DNA of 53,226 nt. Origin: Octopus bimaculoides (lineage: Eukaryota). Shown here one piece after another: positions 1 through 11,584 of this stretch. Under the pieces are notes generated by a model. It was not told the origin of the DNA. It made no database searches and saw only the letters and a list, made by a program, of their open reading frames with translations. The position numbers and the translations under genes are program-made. The stretch is taken from NCBI RefSeq assembly GCF_001194135.2, contig NC_068988.1, forward strand, positions 50,489,055-50,542,280, in the 5' to 3' direction. Within the stretch, counting starts at the first letter, position 1. The number at the start of each line of letters is the position of its first letter.

Positions 1-39
1 TGTGTGGATGTATGTATAAATACAAGAGAGAAACAAGAA

Positions 40-277
40 ACAAGGAGGAAATGTTGTAAGGGTCTTGTCTTATTTTGAGATGCTCTGTGTTTCTTTCAAT
101 TAATTTTAAATATAACAAAGCATTTCGTAAAATAACTAAGTTATTATTAAGCTAGTGTTAGGAACATAAATTCTGACTAAGGTTTAGTGGAAGATTTTAA
201 TTCAAAACGTATGAAAACAAGACACTTGTACTACAGAGCCAGAGGCGGTTTCAACTGGGTTGGTATCAAAAGGGTTA
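40..277. mobile_element. AT-rich non-autonomous DNA element ending in a piggyBac-like terminus
   Basis: It ends ...ggtatcaaaaGGG-TTAA (a CCC-start TIR plus a TTAA site). The other end is not seen in the window. Confidence 0.3.
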
Positions 278-611
278 AAGGTATGATGACACTACAATCA
301 CTGAGAATTAAAATAAAGTTACAGAATTTTTTCTGTTTCTCTTTTTCTTGCCAAGTCTGGAGGAAGGGTCTGTACCCATAACTTATGCAGACCGGTCAGA
401 TTGATACTATTAACATTCCCTTTGAACTTTTGCAGTCAACTCCTGCAGAAAAGACATGAGCAGAGACAAACTTTCAGGGGGTCAATGTTATTCCGGGAAA
501 GGAAAAGAAAAACTGCAAGTAGCAATTAGTGTTGGGCCCAGTGGGAAGTGGGGGACGTATACCACTTACCTTTAAATGATCCTTTTGTGTTACTGACTGA
601 TGGTCATCCTT

Positions 612-826
612 TCTATTATAGGCACAAGGCCTGAAATTTGTGAGGAAGGAGCCAGTCGATTACATCGACTCCAGTACACAACTGGTACTTAATTTATCGA
701 CCTCGAAAGGATGAGATGTAAAGTCAATCTCAGCGGAATTTGAACTCAGAACGTAGCAATGGGAGAAATATTGCTAAGCATTGCATCAAGCGTGCTAGTG
801 ATTCTGCCAGCTCACCACCTTGGGGA
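612..826 (-). mobile_element. SINE family B
   Basis: Reverse-complement match to 46885-47092. Confidence 0.7.
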
Positions 827-1124
827 CTATGATGATAATGACAACAACCATAATGACAAAGATGATGATGACGGTGAGGAGACAGAGGAAGAGGGTCTTT
901 TTTTTTTCATACAAGCCCAAGGCACTAAAGATCATTCTTTTTCCTTGAGGACATGAATTAAGAGCCTAAATATAAGTGAGATTAATAGCAACAAGGAATT
1001 GAAATCAGGTGAGACCAAGAATCAGTAATAAATTGGCATTTGTAGCTACGAGTGTGGAAATAGGTGGAAAAGTGAGAGGAAACATGAAAACTTGAGTGAG
1101 GAATAATGAGCGTGGGAACGTGTG

Positions 1125-1512
1125 AAGAGTAGCTGTGTGGTAAGTAGCTTGCTTACCAACCACATGGTTCTGGGTTCATTCCCACTGCGTGGCACCTTGG
1201 GCAAGTGTCTTCTACTATAGCCTCGGGCCGACCAAAGCCTTGTGAGTGGATTTGGTAGACGGAAACTGAAAGAAGCCTGTCGTTTATATGCATATATGTG
1301 TGTGTGTGTGTGTTTGTGTGTCTGTGTTTGTCTCCCCACCATCGCTTGACAACCGATGCTGGTGTGTTTACATCCCCGTAACTTAGCGGTTCGGCAAAAG
1401 TGACCGATAGAATAAGTACTAGGCTTACAAAGAATAAGTACTGGGGTCGATTTGTTCGACTAAAGGTGGTGATCCAGCATGGCCACAGTCAAATGACTGA
1501 GACAAGTAAATG
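1125..1512 (+). mobile_element. tRNA-derived SINE family A (internal (TG)n), full copy
   Basis: It has a Pol III-like head (gtgtggtaagtagcttgcttaccaaccacatggttctgggttcattccc), a body, internal TG repeats and the tail ccagcatggccacagtcaaatgactgagacaagtaaa. It is repeated many times in the window. Confidence 0.75.
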
Positions 1513-1769
1513 AAAAAAAAAAAAAAGAAACACAAGTGTGTAGACATTGTAAGCGAACATTTAGATATATAAGTGTGGAAATATGAGGGTGGAAACATGA
1601 ATGTGGAAACACTTACCATTAATACATGTGTCCACTGGCACTTAATGTTCGTCGTTGTTGTTGATTACAATTGCATGGTTCTAGTTATATCTGTTGGTGT
1701 ATGTTGTATTCGTAGCTAGTTGTTGGTTATTGGTGTGTGTTGTTGATAGTGGTGGTGGTGGAAGTGCTG

Positions 1770-2560
1770 GTGTTGGTTGTATTTGACCAGCACAATAAAG
1801 AAAAAACGCGACTGTTCCGCCTTCTTTTTCAGTCGTAGTATCTCCAGGACTACATAATTTAGTGGTACCTTTCATAATACAGTAGGACGTGAAATGAAGG
1901 AGATTTGGCTGATATTTTGAGAAAGGCAAGCGACCACGTAAAGGAGCCCTTCCCCGTTGATTTGTACTGTGTCGTTGTTGTTTATTTCCAAATCAGTCCT
2001 GACTGAAAAGAGTTAGTTTCAAAATTGATCCAGTCATGACAGTCCCATCTTTGTTAAGATTTAAACAAAGTGTCTTTCCGTTTTCCCCGATCTTAGGTGA
2101 AATAAGTGATAGGTGAAGAAGTCAGACCGCTATTACGGGTGTATGTTGTAGTTGTTGATGCTGCTACTGTTTTTGTAGCTGTTTGTAGATACATTAAGTA
2201 GATGACGAAGATGATGACATATACTATTTGTCGATCCACATTGTCGTTATTATTGTTTCGCAGAAACGTGGCTTGTTGTTGTAAGGTGGGTTGTTATCGT
2301 TCGTGGGGTCAGTTGATTGATCGTAAACAGTTGTTGTTGTTGTTGTCGTCTGTGTTTGACTCCCACATCAAACTTAATGGAACAAATCTAATAATTTAGT
2401 GGTATCTCAGACGCGATGACCCATCTTTTTAGGAATACGACTAAAGCTGCATTATCCAATATTTCCTTTCCTTAAGACAGCGACGCACGATTTGCGGAAG
2501 GTCTAGATACTTACTGTAGCAAATTTAGCCAACAAGCAGAAAAGCTCTCTCACTGGTTGT
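1770..2560 (+). repeat. Three diverged tandem copies of a (GTT)n-associated interspersed repeat
   Basis: Each copy has ttgttgtt..., a cagacc..atgac..ccatct core and an attatccaat...gatttg.ggag..ttggct end. Cleaner copies are at ~39810-39995 and ~40672-40855. Confidence 0.5.
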
Positions 2561-3017
2561 TTATTTGTTAGTGTTTGCGGCGATTGTGGCTGTATTATAT
2601 ATGAAATCACTGAGGGTGGAGACGGCAAAAAAATACAAAGGAATTAATATGTTTGACCAGTTCATATGTCAGTTGAAACCGTTTAGTAGCCATGGTGACA
2701 GGGAGACAACTCTGGACACGTGCTTTGATCAATGCGTTGCCCTTGGAAATATTGATAAACACTTAACTATCTTGTAGTTGGACTTAATAATAACAAACAC
2801 GGATACATCGATTTTACTATCCATCAATCACATATAATGTGTACCAGTCATACACTGATGTTCGACCCAATGGAATAACACCTACGCTCATACAAAATTG
2901 ACGTTTCAATTTTGTATAGACATGCACATAAGGTGGTAATTTGGTGGGATCGATAGAATCGATAATATTCGTTTTGTGTTGGCAGTATTCGTTCTGAGTT
3001 CAAATCCTACATTACTA

Positions 3018-3105
3018 TTGTTGTTGTTGTTGTTGTTGTTGTTCTTCTTCTTCTTCTTCTTCTTCTTCTTCTTCTTCTTCTTCTTCTTCTTCTTCTTCTT
3101 CTTCT

Positions 3106-3138
<33 letters not shown>
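3018..3138. repeat. Compound microsatellite (GTT)n(CTT)n(CT)n
   Basis: Directly visible. Confidence 0.95.
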
Positions 3139-3141
<3 letters not shown>

Positions 3142-3669
3142 ACAAGTATCACACACTCTCTTTCTTTCCCTCTGAGAGATATCGGCTATCCTAATGCCAG
3201 TAGCATAAATATGGGGTGGGACGAAGGAGAAATTTGCCTAGTACAACGCTTTTATGGGGTGGGGGCAGTAATATTAGGTGTCTGCTGTATAGGCTGTGGG
3301 GTCCTAAGGGCTGCTTAGGATGACATACACTCTAGCTACCAGACTGAGTAAGACCTGGAGAGAGATGGACTCTACCAGCCTTAATTACGTTGTATATGTC
3401 GTAATGACACTCTTACAACCCCATCGGAAGTTAAGAAACCACAAAACTTTTATAAAATGTCTTAAATAGGCACAGGGCCAGAGATTTGATGGAGAAGGGG
3501 AAGTTGATTGCATAAAATACCAGTACTTGACTGATATTTTATTTTAACAATTCTTGAATGCAATGCAAAGGTGACTTTGGTGGTGTTTGAAGTAAGCGCG
3601 CATACACACGCACGTATGATGATAGTCACTCATAGTTGAACAAAGACGGTTCCACAATTTCTTGTTGAA

Positions 3670-4861
3670 ATTACAGGAGCCCCAATTACTGACTTTGCCT
3701 TTAAGTCCATCCTCCAGTCGAAGGTGGCTGCTCTTGAGCAATTACTGAAGAATATTGAAGCAATTGAACCCCATCAAGGTTTCTTCATACTTAGAAATTA
3801 CCTTTCGATCCCTAAGCTTCTATATTTGCTCAGAGTCAGCTCCCATCACTGATTCCTATCTTGCCTCCAATGCTTCTACAACCTTTGAGAGACTCGAATG
3901 CTTGGTCAATATCAGACTCTCTCCAACGTCCTGCAATCAGGCTGCATTACCCAAGCAATTTGGGGGTCTTGGTCTTCATAAATATTTGTCCCATTCTTTC
4001 CCCTGCTTCGTTTCCTCGACTCATGCCCACTCCACCCTGGTGAACTGCATCCTCTCCTCTCCAACATGGAGCAGTTCCAATAGGGAGTTGGATGAAGCTC
4101 TCCAACAGTGGAATGAATCGGGCTTGTCTACTCCTGAGAAGGTGGAGGACTGTCAGAGCCAGAGAGCTTGGGACAACATAATGTCAAAGGCCACCTTTGA
4201 CTCTCTCTTCATCCAATCGGACCAGTTTTCAAGATGCCACTTACTGTCTGCTTGTGCCAAATACTCAGGTGACTGGGTTGATGCCATCCCTGTTGCTAAT
4301 GTTGGTGGCCTACTCAGCTTGGACGAACTTCATGTCTCTATTGCCCTCAGAGTGGAAGCTGAAGTATGCATGGGTTTGAACTGTCATTGTGGCAAGCTCC
4401 TCAATTCCACAGGCCTCTGTGGTCTTTCTTGCTGCCTTAATGCTGGTTGCTTTGCACTTCATACAGAGTTAAACCTTATACTCAAAAGGAGCTTGGCCCC
4501 GGCAAACATCCCTCCATCTTGGAACCATCTGGATTGTCCAGATGTGATGGGGAAAAGACCTGACAGCCTCACCCTGTGCCCCTGGTCAAGAGGCAGATGC
4601 CTTGTCTGGGGACGTCACAGTTAGAGACTCTTTTGCTTCTTCTCATATCCTGGATGCTGCAGCCAGGGTGAGATCCACAGCTTCTGCAGCCAAGCAGAGC
4701 AAAATCCTGAAGTACCGTGATCTGTCAGCCAACTACATTTTCCATCCTGTGGGGTTCGAGATGCTTGATGGGGTCAGACCACTAACTGAAAGATTCCTGT
4801 CTTCACTGGCAGCTCACCTAGCAGGGGTAACTGGTGAAGCTCTTGGGGATGCTTGGTTGTT
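3670..4861 (+). mobile_element. CRE-clade non-LTR retrotransposon fragment (RT thumb + Zn knuckle + restriction-like endonuclease), frameshifted, running into an N gap
   Basis: Translation across frames gives GAPI..., FFILRNYLSIPKLLYLLR, AALPKQFGGLGL, SGDWVDAIP, CHCG....GLCGLSC, GKRPDSLTLCPWSRGRCLVW, DVTVRDSFA and YIFHPVGFEM. These are the motifs of CRE/Cnl1-type RLE-bearing retroelements. Confidence 0.8.
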
Positions 4862-5637
4862 NNNNNNNNNNNNNNNNNNNNNNNNNNNNNNNNNNNNNNN
4901 NNNNNNNNNNNNNNNNNNNNNNNNNNNNNNNNNNNNNNNNNNNNNNNNNNNNNNNNNNNNNNNNNNNNNNNNNNNNNNNNNNNNNNNNNNNNNNNNNNNN
5001 NNNNNNNNNNNNNNNNNNNNNNNNNNNNNNNNNNNNNNNNNNNNNNNNNNNNNNNNNNNNNNNNNNNNNNNNNNNNNNNNNNNNNNNNNNNNNNNNNNNN
5101 NNNNNNNNNNNNNNNNNNNNNNNNNNNNNNNNNNNNNNNNNNNNNNNNNNNNNNNNNNNNNNNNNNNNNNNNNNNNNNNNNNNNNNNNNNNNNNNNNNNN
5201 NNNNNNNNNNNNNNNNNNNNNNNNNNNNNNNNNNNNNNNNNNNNNNNNNNNNNNNNNNNNNNNNNNNNNNNNNNNNNNNNNNNNNNNNNNNNNNNNNNNN
5301 NNNNNNNNNNNNNNNNNNNNNNNNNNNNNNNNNNNNNNNNNNNNNNNNNNNNNNNNNNNNNNNNNNNNNNNNNNNNNNNNNNNNNNNNNNNNNNNNNNNN
5401 NNNNNNNNNNNNNNNNNNNNNNNNNNNNNNNNNNNNNNNNNNNNNNNNNNNNNNNNNNNNNNNNNNNNNNNNNNNNNNNNNNNNNNNNNNNNNNNNNNNN
5501 NNNNNNNNNNNNNNNNNNNNNNNNNNNNNNNNNNNNNNNNNNNNNNNNNNNNNNNNNNNNNNNNNNNNNNNNNNNNNNNNNNNNNNNNNNNNNNNNNNNN
5601 NNNNNNNNNNNNNNNNNNNNNNNNNNNNNNNNNNNNN
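4862..5637. other. Assembly gap (N-run)
   Basis: Other gaps are at 6038-6047, 8350-9228, 9940-10319, 11732-12001, 12943-13798, 21101-21126, 32576-32654 and 35955-36004. Confidence 1.
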
Positions 5638-6260
5638 TACGTTGGACACTAAACTCTGCTTGCGAAGACCTGTTGAGGCAAGTGAAATCGAACTAATTTC
5701 GACGGATGGCACACATGCCAACGTCGTCTCCTTCATTGGAAACAGAAACTCGGCTTGCAAAGACCTTTTGAGGCAAGCGAAATCGTGATGGCACCGGTGC
5801 CCTGGCACTTATGCCGGTGGCAAGTGTAAGGACATTCGAGCGAGATCATTGCCAGTGCTGCTGGACTGGCTCCCGTGCAGGTGGCATGTAAAAGACACCA
5901 TTTTGAGCACGGCCGTTGCCAGTACCGCCTGACTGGCCTTCGTGCCGGTGGCACGTAAAAGCATCCACTACACTCTCAGAGTGGTTGGCGTTAGGAAGGG
6001 CATCCAGCTGTAGAAACTGCCAAATCAGATTGGAGCCNNNNNNNNNNCCAGTACCGCCTGACTGGCCTTCGTGCCGGTGGCACGTAAAAGCATCCACTAC
6101 ACTCTCAGAGTGGTTGGCGTTAGGAAGGGCATCCAGCTGTAGAAACTGCCAAATCAGATTGGAGCCTGGTGTAACCACCTGGTTCACCAGTCCTCAGTCA
6201 AATCGTCCAACCCATGCTAGCATGGAAAGCAGACATTAAACAGTGATGATGATGATACAC
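5638..6260 (+). mobile_element. RTE-family 3'UTR/tail copy
   Basis: It has the same ~55-60-bp gtgccggtggcacgtaaaa units and ggttggcgttaggaagggcatccagctgtagaaac...gacattaaa(GAT)n tail as 50.8-51.4 kb. Confidence 0.7.
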
Positions 6261-6956
6261 ACGTATGTATGTATGTATGTATGTATGTAAGCATTACTGG
6301 CCACAATACATAGTTACGTGTTTTGTTTATATGCTGAACTTGCTGTGAGATAGTGTTTAGGGAAAGCAGCCTACATGGTACTGATTGTGAAAGCACACCT
6401 GAATATAACAGACTAGGTGAGAAAACTCACCCTGGAGTCACCGAGAATGGTACATACTGATATTTCACCATTATTGTGGCTCATCAATACCAGATCATAC
6501 TCAGATCATCAATACCCAGATCATCTCAAAAGGAAATAAATCACTGGTCTGTGACTTATATATAAATAGTGACAAGTCTATTTGCTGATGCTGCAGCATA
6601 TAAACAAAACACAATCACTGTGTATGTGTGACTGATAATGTTTACATTACTAGAGCTGCTTTTAGTTTGTAATTTAATATATAATTCTCTTCTCCATTTT
6701 CTAAATGTTAGCTGTGTTTTATATAAGACTTTATCTTATACATGCCTATAACCAACTTTTTACTTGTTATTTTCATATTTTAAATGCTTGCAATAGCAAG
6801 CTATTACTTTGACATGAATCTTTATCGGAAATCTATCTTTTTGGACCCCACAAAAAACTTTAAATTGTTCTGCTTGAACTTATCTTTTCTCACACACATA
6901 CACTCACTCACACACACACACACATAAATGATGACGACGACAACGATGATGATACA

Positions 6957-6988
<32 letters not shown>

Positions 6989-6997
6989 TACATACAT

Positions 6998-8247
6998 ATA
7001 CAAAATGCAATGGGTAAATAGTTGCCATTTTATATCTTTAATTTCGCCCATGTGCATTGTTTGTTTTCGATTTTGTTGACTACATAGTATAGTAGGGTCA
7101 GTTGGGCACCGTCTGCCAGAAAAACAGCACCATGACGCAATTTACTCTGCCAAAAATTTGGAAATGACATGCTGTACTGCTTATTTCAGAGTGTTTGGGT
7201 GTCAGTCTGAGGACAGTGCAGAGGATTTGGAAAGTGCTGAATGAATCTAATGGTGATTACAAAGGTATAGCAGCTTGGAAAACTCACTCTGATCGTTCTG
7301 ATCAGATAAAAACTCCTGAATTTATTAATGAGATTAGGCTATGATTGACAATGATCCCTTCAAATCAATCAGGTCCATTACCAGGGACATGGGAGTGTCT
7401 GAGTTTCTTATCAGACAGGTAGTGCATGAAGACATCCAATATTCCTCATACAAGATGAGAAAGAGCCAATTTCTATCCCAAGCCATCAAGGAGAAGAGGA
7501 AAGACCAAGCTACAAAACTTTTCAACAAACTCAAGTATTCCCTCCAACCAAACATGCTTTGGTTTTACTCAGACGAGAAAAATTACAGCCAGAATCAAAT
7601 GGTGAACACACAGAACAACCGTTGGCTTGCTGTGTCCCCAAAACATGTACCATAACTGAAAAAAATCAAACATCCAGTCAATATCATGGTGTTTGGAGTG
7701 ATCACTACTGATGGCAATGTTATGCCTCCATTCATCTTTTCACATGGCCTCAGACTCAATACGGAGGCCTACATCAATTGCCTGGAGGAGGTAGTGCTGC
7801 CCTGAGTCAAGAGAGTGGCTACTGGAAGACCCTGTGTCTAGCAATGGGACTCTGCACCATGCCACACAAGCAAGAGAACCCAGTCATGGCTGTCAGACAA
7901 TTTTTGCGATCACATCACCCATAACATCTGGCCACCTAACTCCTCAGACTGCAACCCCCTTGATTATTATGTGTGGGGCAAACAAAACTCCTTGTAACAC
8001 TAAAGATGAACTAAAGGCAAGGATTATGGCAGCATTCACCAACTTAAAGAAGGGGACTGCCCAGAAGAATTGCAAGAGCTTCCAAAGTCGTCTGGAGGCT
8101 GTGGTTGAAGCCAAAGGTGATTTTATTGAATAAATTTACTCTTTAGATATTTTGATGTTATCTTTGTAAATATATCTGTTAAAATGAGATGTTAATGTTA
8201 TTTTCGTGTTTTGCATAACTTAGACAATTTATTCATTACACCCTCTG
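6998..8247 (+). mobile_element. Tc1/mariner DD37D (maT-type) transposon with a disrupted transposase (~7132-8133)
   Basis: The motifs are WFYSDEK, VMPPFIF and D-SAPCHTS...WPPNSSDCNPL-D, with 37 residues counted between the last two Asp. The ORF has several in-frame stops. Degenerate TIR-like ends are tgcaatgggtaaata (left) and ttcattacaccctctgt (right). Confidence 0.85.
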
Positions 8248-9228
8248 TGTGTATGTATGTATGCATATATCTCCCTCTATCTCAATCTCTCTCTCTATGA
8301 ATATATATACCTACATACATACATATGCATATATATACATACATATATANNNNNNNNNNNNNNNNNNNNNNNNNNNNNNNNNNNNNNNNNNNNNNNNNNN
8401 NNNNNNNNNNNNNNNNNNNNNNNNNNNNNNNNNNNNNNNNNNNNNNNNNNNNNNNNNNNNNNNNNNNNNNNNNNNNNNNNNNNNNNNNNNNNNNNNNNNN
8501 NNNNNNNNNNNNNNNNNNNNNNNNNNNNNNNNNNNNNNNNNNNNNNNNNNNNNNNNNNNNNNNNNNNNNNNNNNNNNNNNNNNNNNNNNNNNNNNNNNNN
8601 NNNNNNNNNNNNNNNNNNNNNNNNNNNNNNNNNNNNNNNNNNNNNNNNNNNNNNNNNNNNNNNNNNNNNNNNNNNNNNNNNNNNNNNNNNNNNNNNNNNN
8701 NNNNNNNNNNNNNNNNNNNNNNNNNNNNNNNNNNNNNNNNNNNNNNNNNNNNNNNNNNNNNNNNNNNNNNNNNNNNNNNNNNNNNNNNNNNNNNNNNNNN
8801 NNNNNNNNNNNNNNNNNNNNNNNNNNNNNNNNNNNNNNNNNNNNNNNNNNNNNNNNNNNNNNNNNNNNNNNNNNNNNNNNNNNNNNNNNNNNNNNNNNNN
8901 NNNNNNNNNNNNNNNNNNNNNNNNNNNNNNNNNNNNNNNNNNNNNNNNNNNNNNNNNNNNNNNNNNNNNNNNNNNNNNNNNNNNNNNNNNNNNNNNNNNN
9001 NNNNNNNNNNNNNNNNNNNNNNNNNNNNNNNNNNNNNNNNNNNNNNNNNNNNNNNNNNNNNNNNNNNNNNNNNNNNNNNNNNNNNNNNNNNNNNNNNNNN
9101 NNNNNNNNNNNNNNNNNNNNNNNNNNNNNNNNNNNNNNNNNNNNNNNNNNNNNNNNNNNNNNNNNNNNNNNNNNNNNNNNNNNNNNNNNNNNNNNNNNNN
9201 NNNNNNNNNNNNNNNNNNNNNNNNNNNG

Positions 9229-9530
9229 GTACACGGAACAGTTCTCAAAGAGAAACTGGACCGAGACCAATTTGGCCGCCGAGTTAAAGCTATTTATAAC
9301 AAATTATTGGCTCACCAGATGGTAGAAATATACTCTATCACGTGACCTTATTAGGGGCCGTGATTGGTCAGTTTGCGTTCTGGCGGGAACGGTTCGAAGA
9401 AGTTGCTGATTCGAATAATGATCAGTCACGTGATGACAAGGTTAATGTTTTCCCCTACGTTCGCGTTTGTTTATATTTAAAGGAAGATTGTATGTAATGG
9501 CGATAGTAGTTTGTATCTAATGGCGGGAGG
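9229..9530. promoter_or_regulatory. CpG-retaining promoter-like island
   Basis: It contains TATAAATA on the minus strand (9291-9298), CCAAT/ATTGG boxes (9267, 9306, 9363), two TCACGTGA E-boxes (9338, 9426), an E2F-type GGCGGGAA (9382) and two AATGGCG YY1-like cores (~9496, ~9519). CpG is frequent here compared with the flanks. Confidence 0.5.
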
Positions 9531-10399
9531 TAGTTTCACTACATATATATATATATATTTACACACACATATACATATACATATATTTACAAATGCACGC
9601 ACATGCGCGCGCACACACACACATACCACACACATACTACATGCACACGCACGCACACACGTATATATGTGTGGGGGGGAGGTGTGTGTAGCACAAATAA
9701 AGAAAAATCTCTTGGTAGTTATGAATGATGCATCCTGCCCAAGCTCTTCGAAACGCCGGTGTCAAAACGTGGGTAGCTGATGAAGTAGAATGTTCTCTAT
9801 GTGGCTTGTGTGTTTTCTCGTCTACGTTTTGTTTGCAATGTCCTGTACCCAGATATGCAGCTATACATACAGGTGGATGTCGGTATGCACATACCTGTAC
9901 GTATATATGCATACACTCATTTACTATTTGTTTTTATATNNNNNNNNNNNNNNNNNNNNNNNNNNNNNNNNNNNNNNNNNNNNNNNNNNNNNNNNNNNNN
10001 NNNNNNNNNNNNNNNNNNNNNNNNNNNNNNNNNNNNNNNNNNNNNNNNNNNNNNNNNNNNNNNNNNNNNNNNNNNNNNNNNNNNNNNNNNNNNNNNNNNN
10101 NNNNNNNNNNNNNNNNNNNNNNNNNNNNNNNNNNNNNNNNNNNNNNNNNNNNNNNNNNNNNNNNNNNNNNNNNNNNNNNNNNNNNNNNNNNNNNNNNNNN
10201 NNNNNNNNNNNNNNNNNNNNNNNNNNNNNNNNNNNNNNNNNNNNNNNNNNNNNNNNNNNNNNNNNNNNNNNNNNNNNNNNNNNNNNNNNNNNNNNNNNNN
10301 NNNNNNNNNNNNNNNNNNNGGGATCAGCAAATATTTGCTTCACCATATACCGAAGTTCAGAAATAGCAGCTAAAAAAGCTGAAAATCCCACAGATAGCA

Positions 10400-10434
<35 letters not shown>

Positions 10435-10729
10435 GAGAGAGAGAGGGAGACAGAGATGTATGTTTGTATTTCAACTCATCTATGTACGACAGGAGCTTAC
10501 ACACACGAAAAATGTAAACTTTAGTTCTGCAGAAATATAAAACAGGCTTAAACTTGTCTAAACCAATTACAAAATGGTTTTATTGAGATTTAATGAGTAA
10601 ACATGAAGTTGGTGTGTGCCAAACAATTAATTTCTTCTTACTAAAGTTAAATGGCGTCATAATTTCTACATAAAATGTCCATGGTTGTTTATGTTCATTA
10701 TTTTGCATAGTATTGATACTTTTCTTTTG

Positions 10730-10986
10730 TTTACTCTCTCTCTCTCTCTCCACTTAAATTGCTTCTCTGTCTTTCAAATATCTCGCCTACACATCTGTCC
10801 CTGTTTCCCCAGTTCTCTTTCTCTTTCCAACTCTTGTCACTCTCTCTGCCTTCTACTCTTTCTCTTAGTCTGTCTCTCTCCTGCTGTTTCTCACTCTTTC
10901 TCTGTCTCTCTCTCTCTCTCTCACTTTCTCTCTCTCTTTCTTGCTCTCTTTCTCGCTCTCTCTCGTTCTTTCACTTTCTCTCTCTT

Positions 10987-11070
<84 letters not shown>
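10730..11070. repeat. Polypyrimidine / (CT)n tract
   Basis: Directly visible. Other microsatellites are (GA)n 50365-50445, (AAT)n 42890-42935, and (TA)n/(TG)n at 12.3, 21.1, 32.5, 37.7, 47.3 and 51.7 kb. Confidence 0.95.
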
Positions 11071-11071
<1 letters not shown>

Positions 11072-11584
11072 CAACTTTCTTTCAGTCTATTTGTCGTCAT
11101 TCTTCTATGTAACATTCTCTCTCTCCCTCATCTCTCCCCTTCCCTCCTTTGCTCTATTTCTCTGCTTCCATGTCTGCCATCTTGCACCACATCTCTCTAA
11201 AATTTATTTTCGACCCACCTTTCCCAGTCCCTCATAAATTATCTCCACCTTTCATTACTTGCATATCCTTTTCTCATCTTATATGCAATTGGTCATTGAT
11301 CTCAAGTATTTCATATTTACCTTAATACCATCAACATCAACCACTTGTTGTCACTACTGAATCAATCGATAAATCATACATTAAGTCATGATCAAAACAA
11401 GGATATAGTAATATAAAATCAATAATTCTTTGCATGACTTTTATAAATATCTCTTTTCTGCATTAGTTTAATGTATTTAGCTTTCATCTTCTTTATCATT
11501 TATTAATTTATAAGAACATTCACGTTATGTTTTCTCCTTCAATTTATAAATTTTATAATTTATAAATCTATCTCTCTATATATA

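Noticed and set aside
1681-2777. ORFs 1681-1929, 2202-2399 and 2565-2777 as host exons
   Set aside because: They mostly overlap tandem copies of an interspersed repeat and (GTT)n tracts also seen at 39.8 and 40.7 kb, and none has recognisable homology.
2891-2916. Small hairpin tacaaaattga-cgtt-tcaattttgta
   Set aside because: 11-bp AT-rich arms are expected by chance at this composition.
2906-3194. Poly-K/poly-F, ERER, LSLS, HTHT and YIYI ORFs here and at 10.7-11.2, 21.0, 32.5, 37.7 and 50.4 kb
   Set aside because: They are translations of microsatellites.
5919-6166. Exact 119-bp direct repeat either side of a 10-N gap
   Set aside because: Identical copies flanking a placeholder gap indicate an unmerged contig overlap, not biology.
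9229-9500. Protein-like frames VHGTVLKEKLDRDQFGRRVKAIYNKLLAHQM and QFAFWRERFEEVADSNNDQSRDDK
   Set aside because: Joining them would need a ~50-nt intron with weak signals, and there is no recognisable family. A promoter reading explains the motifs better, but coding cannot be fully excluded because of the adjacent gap.
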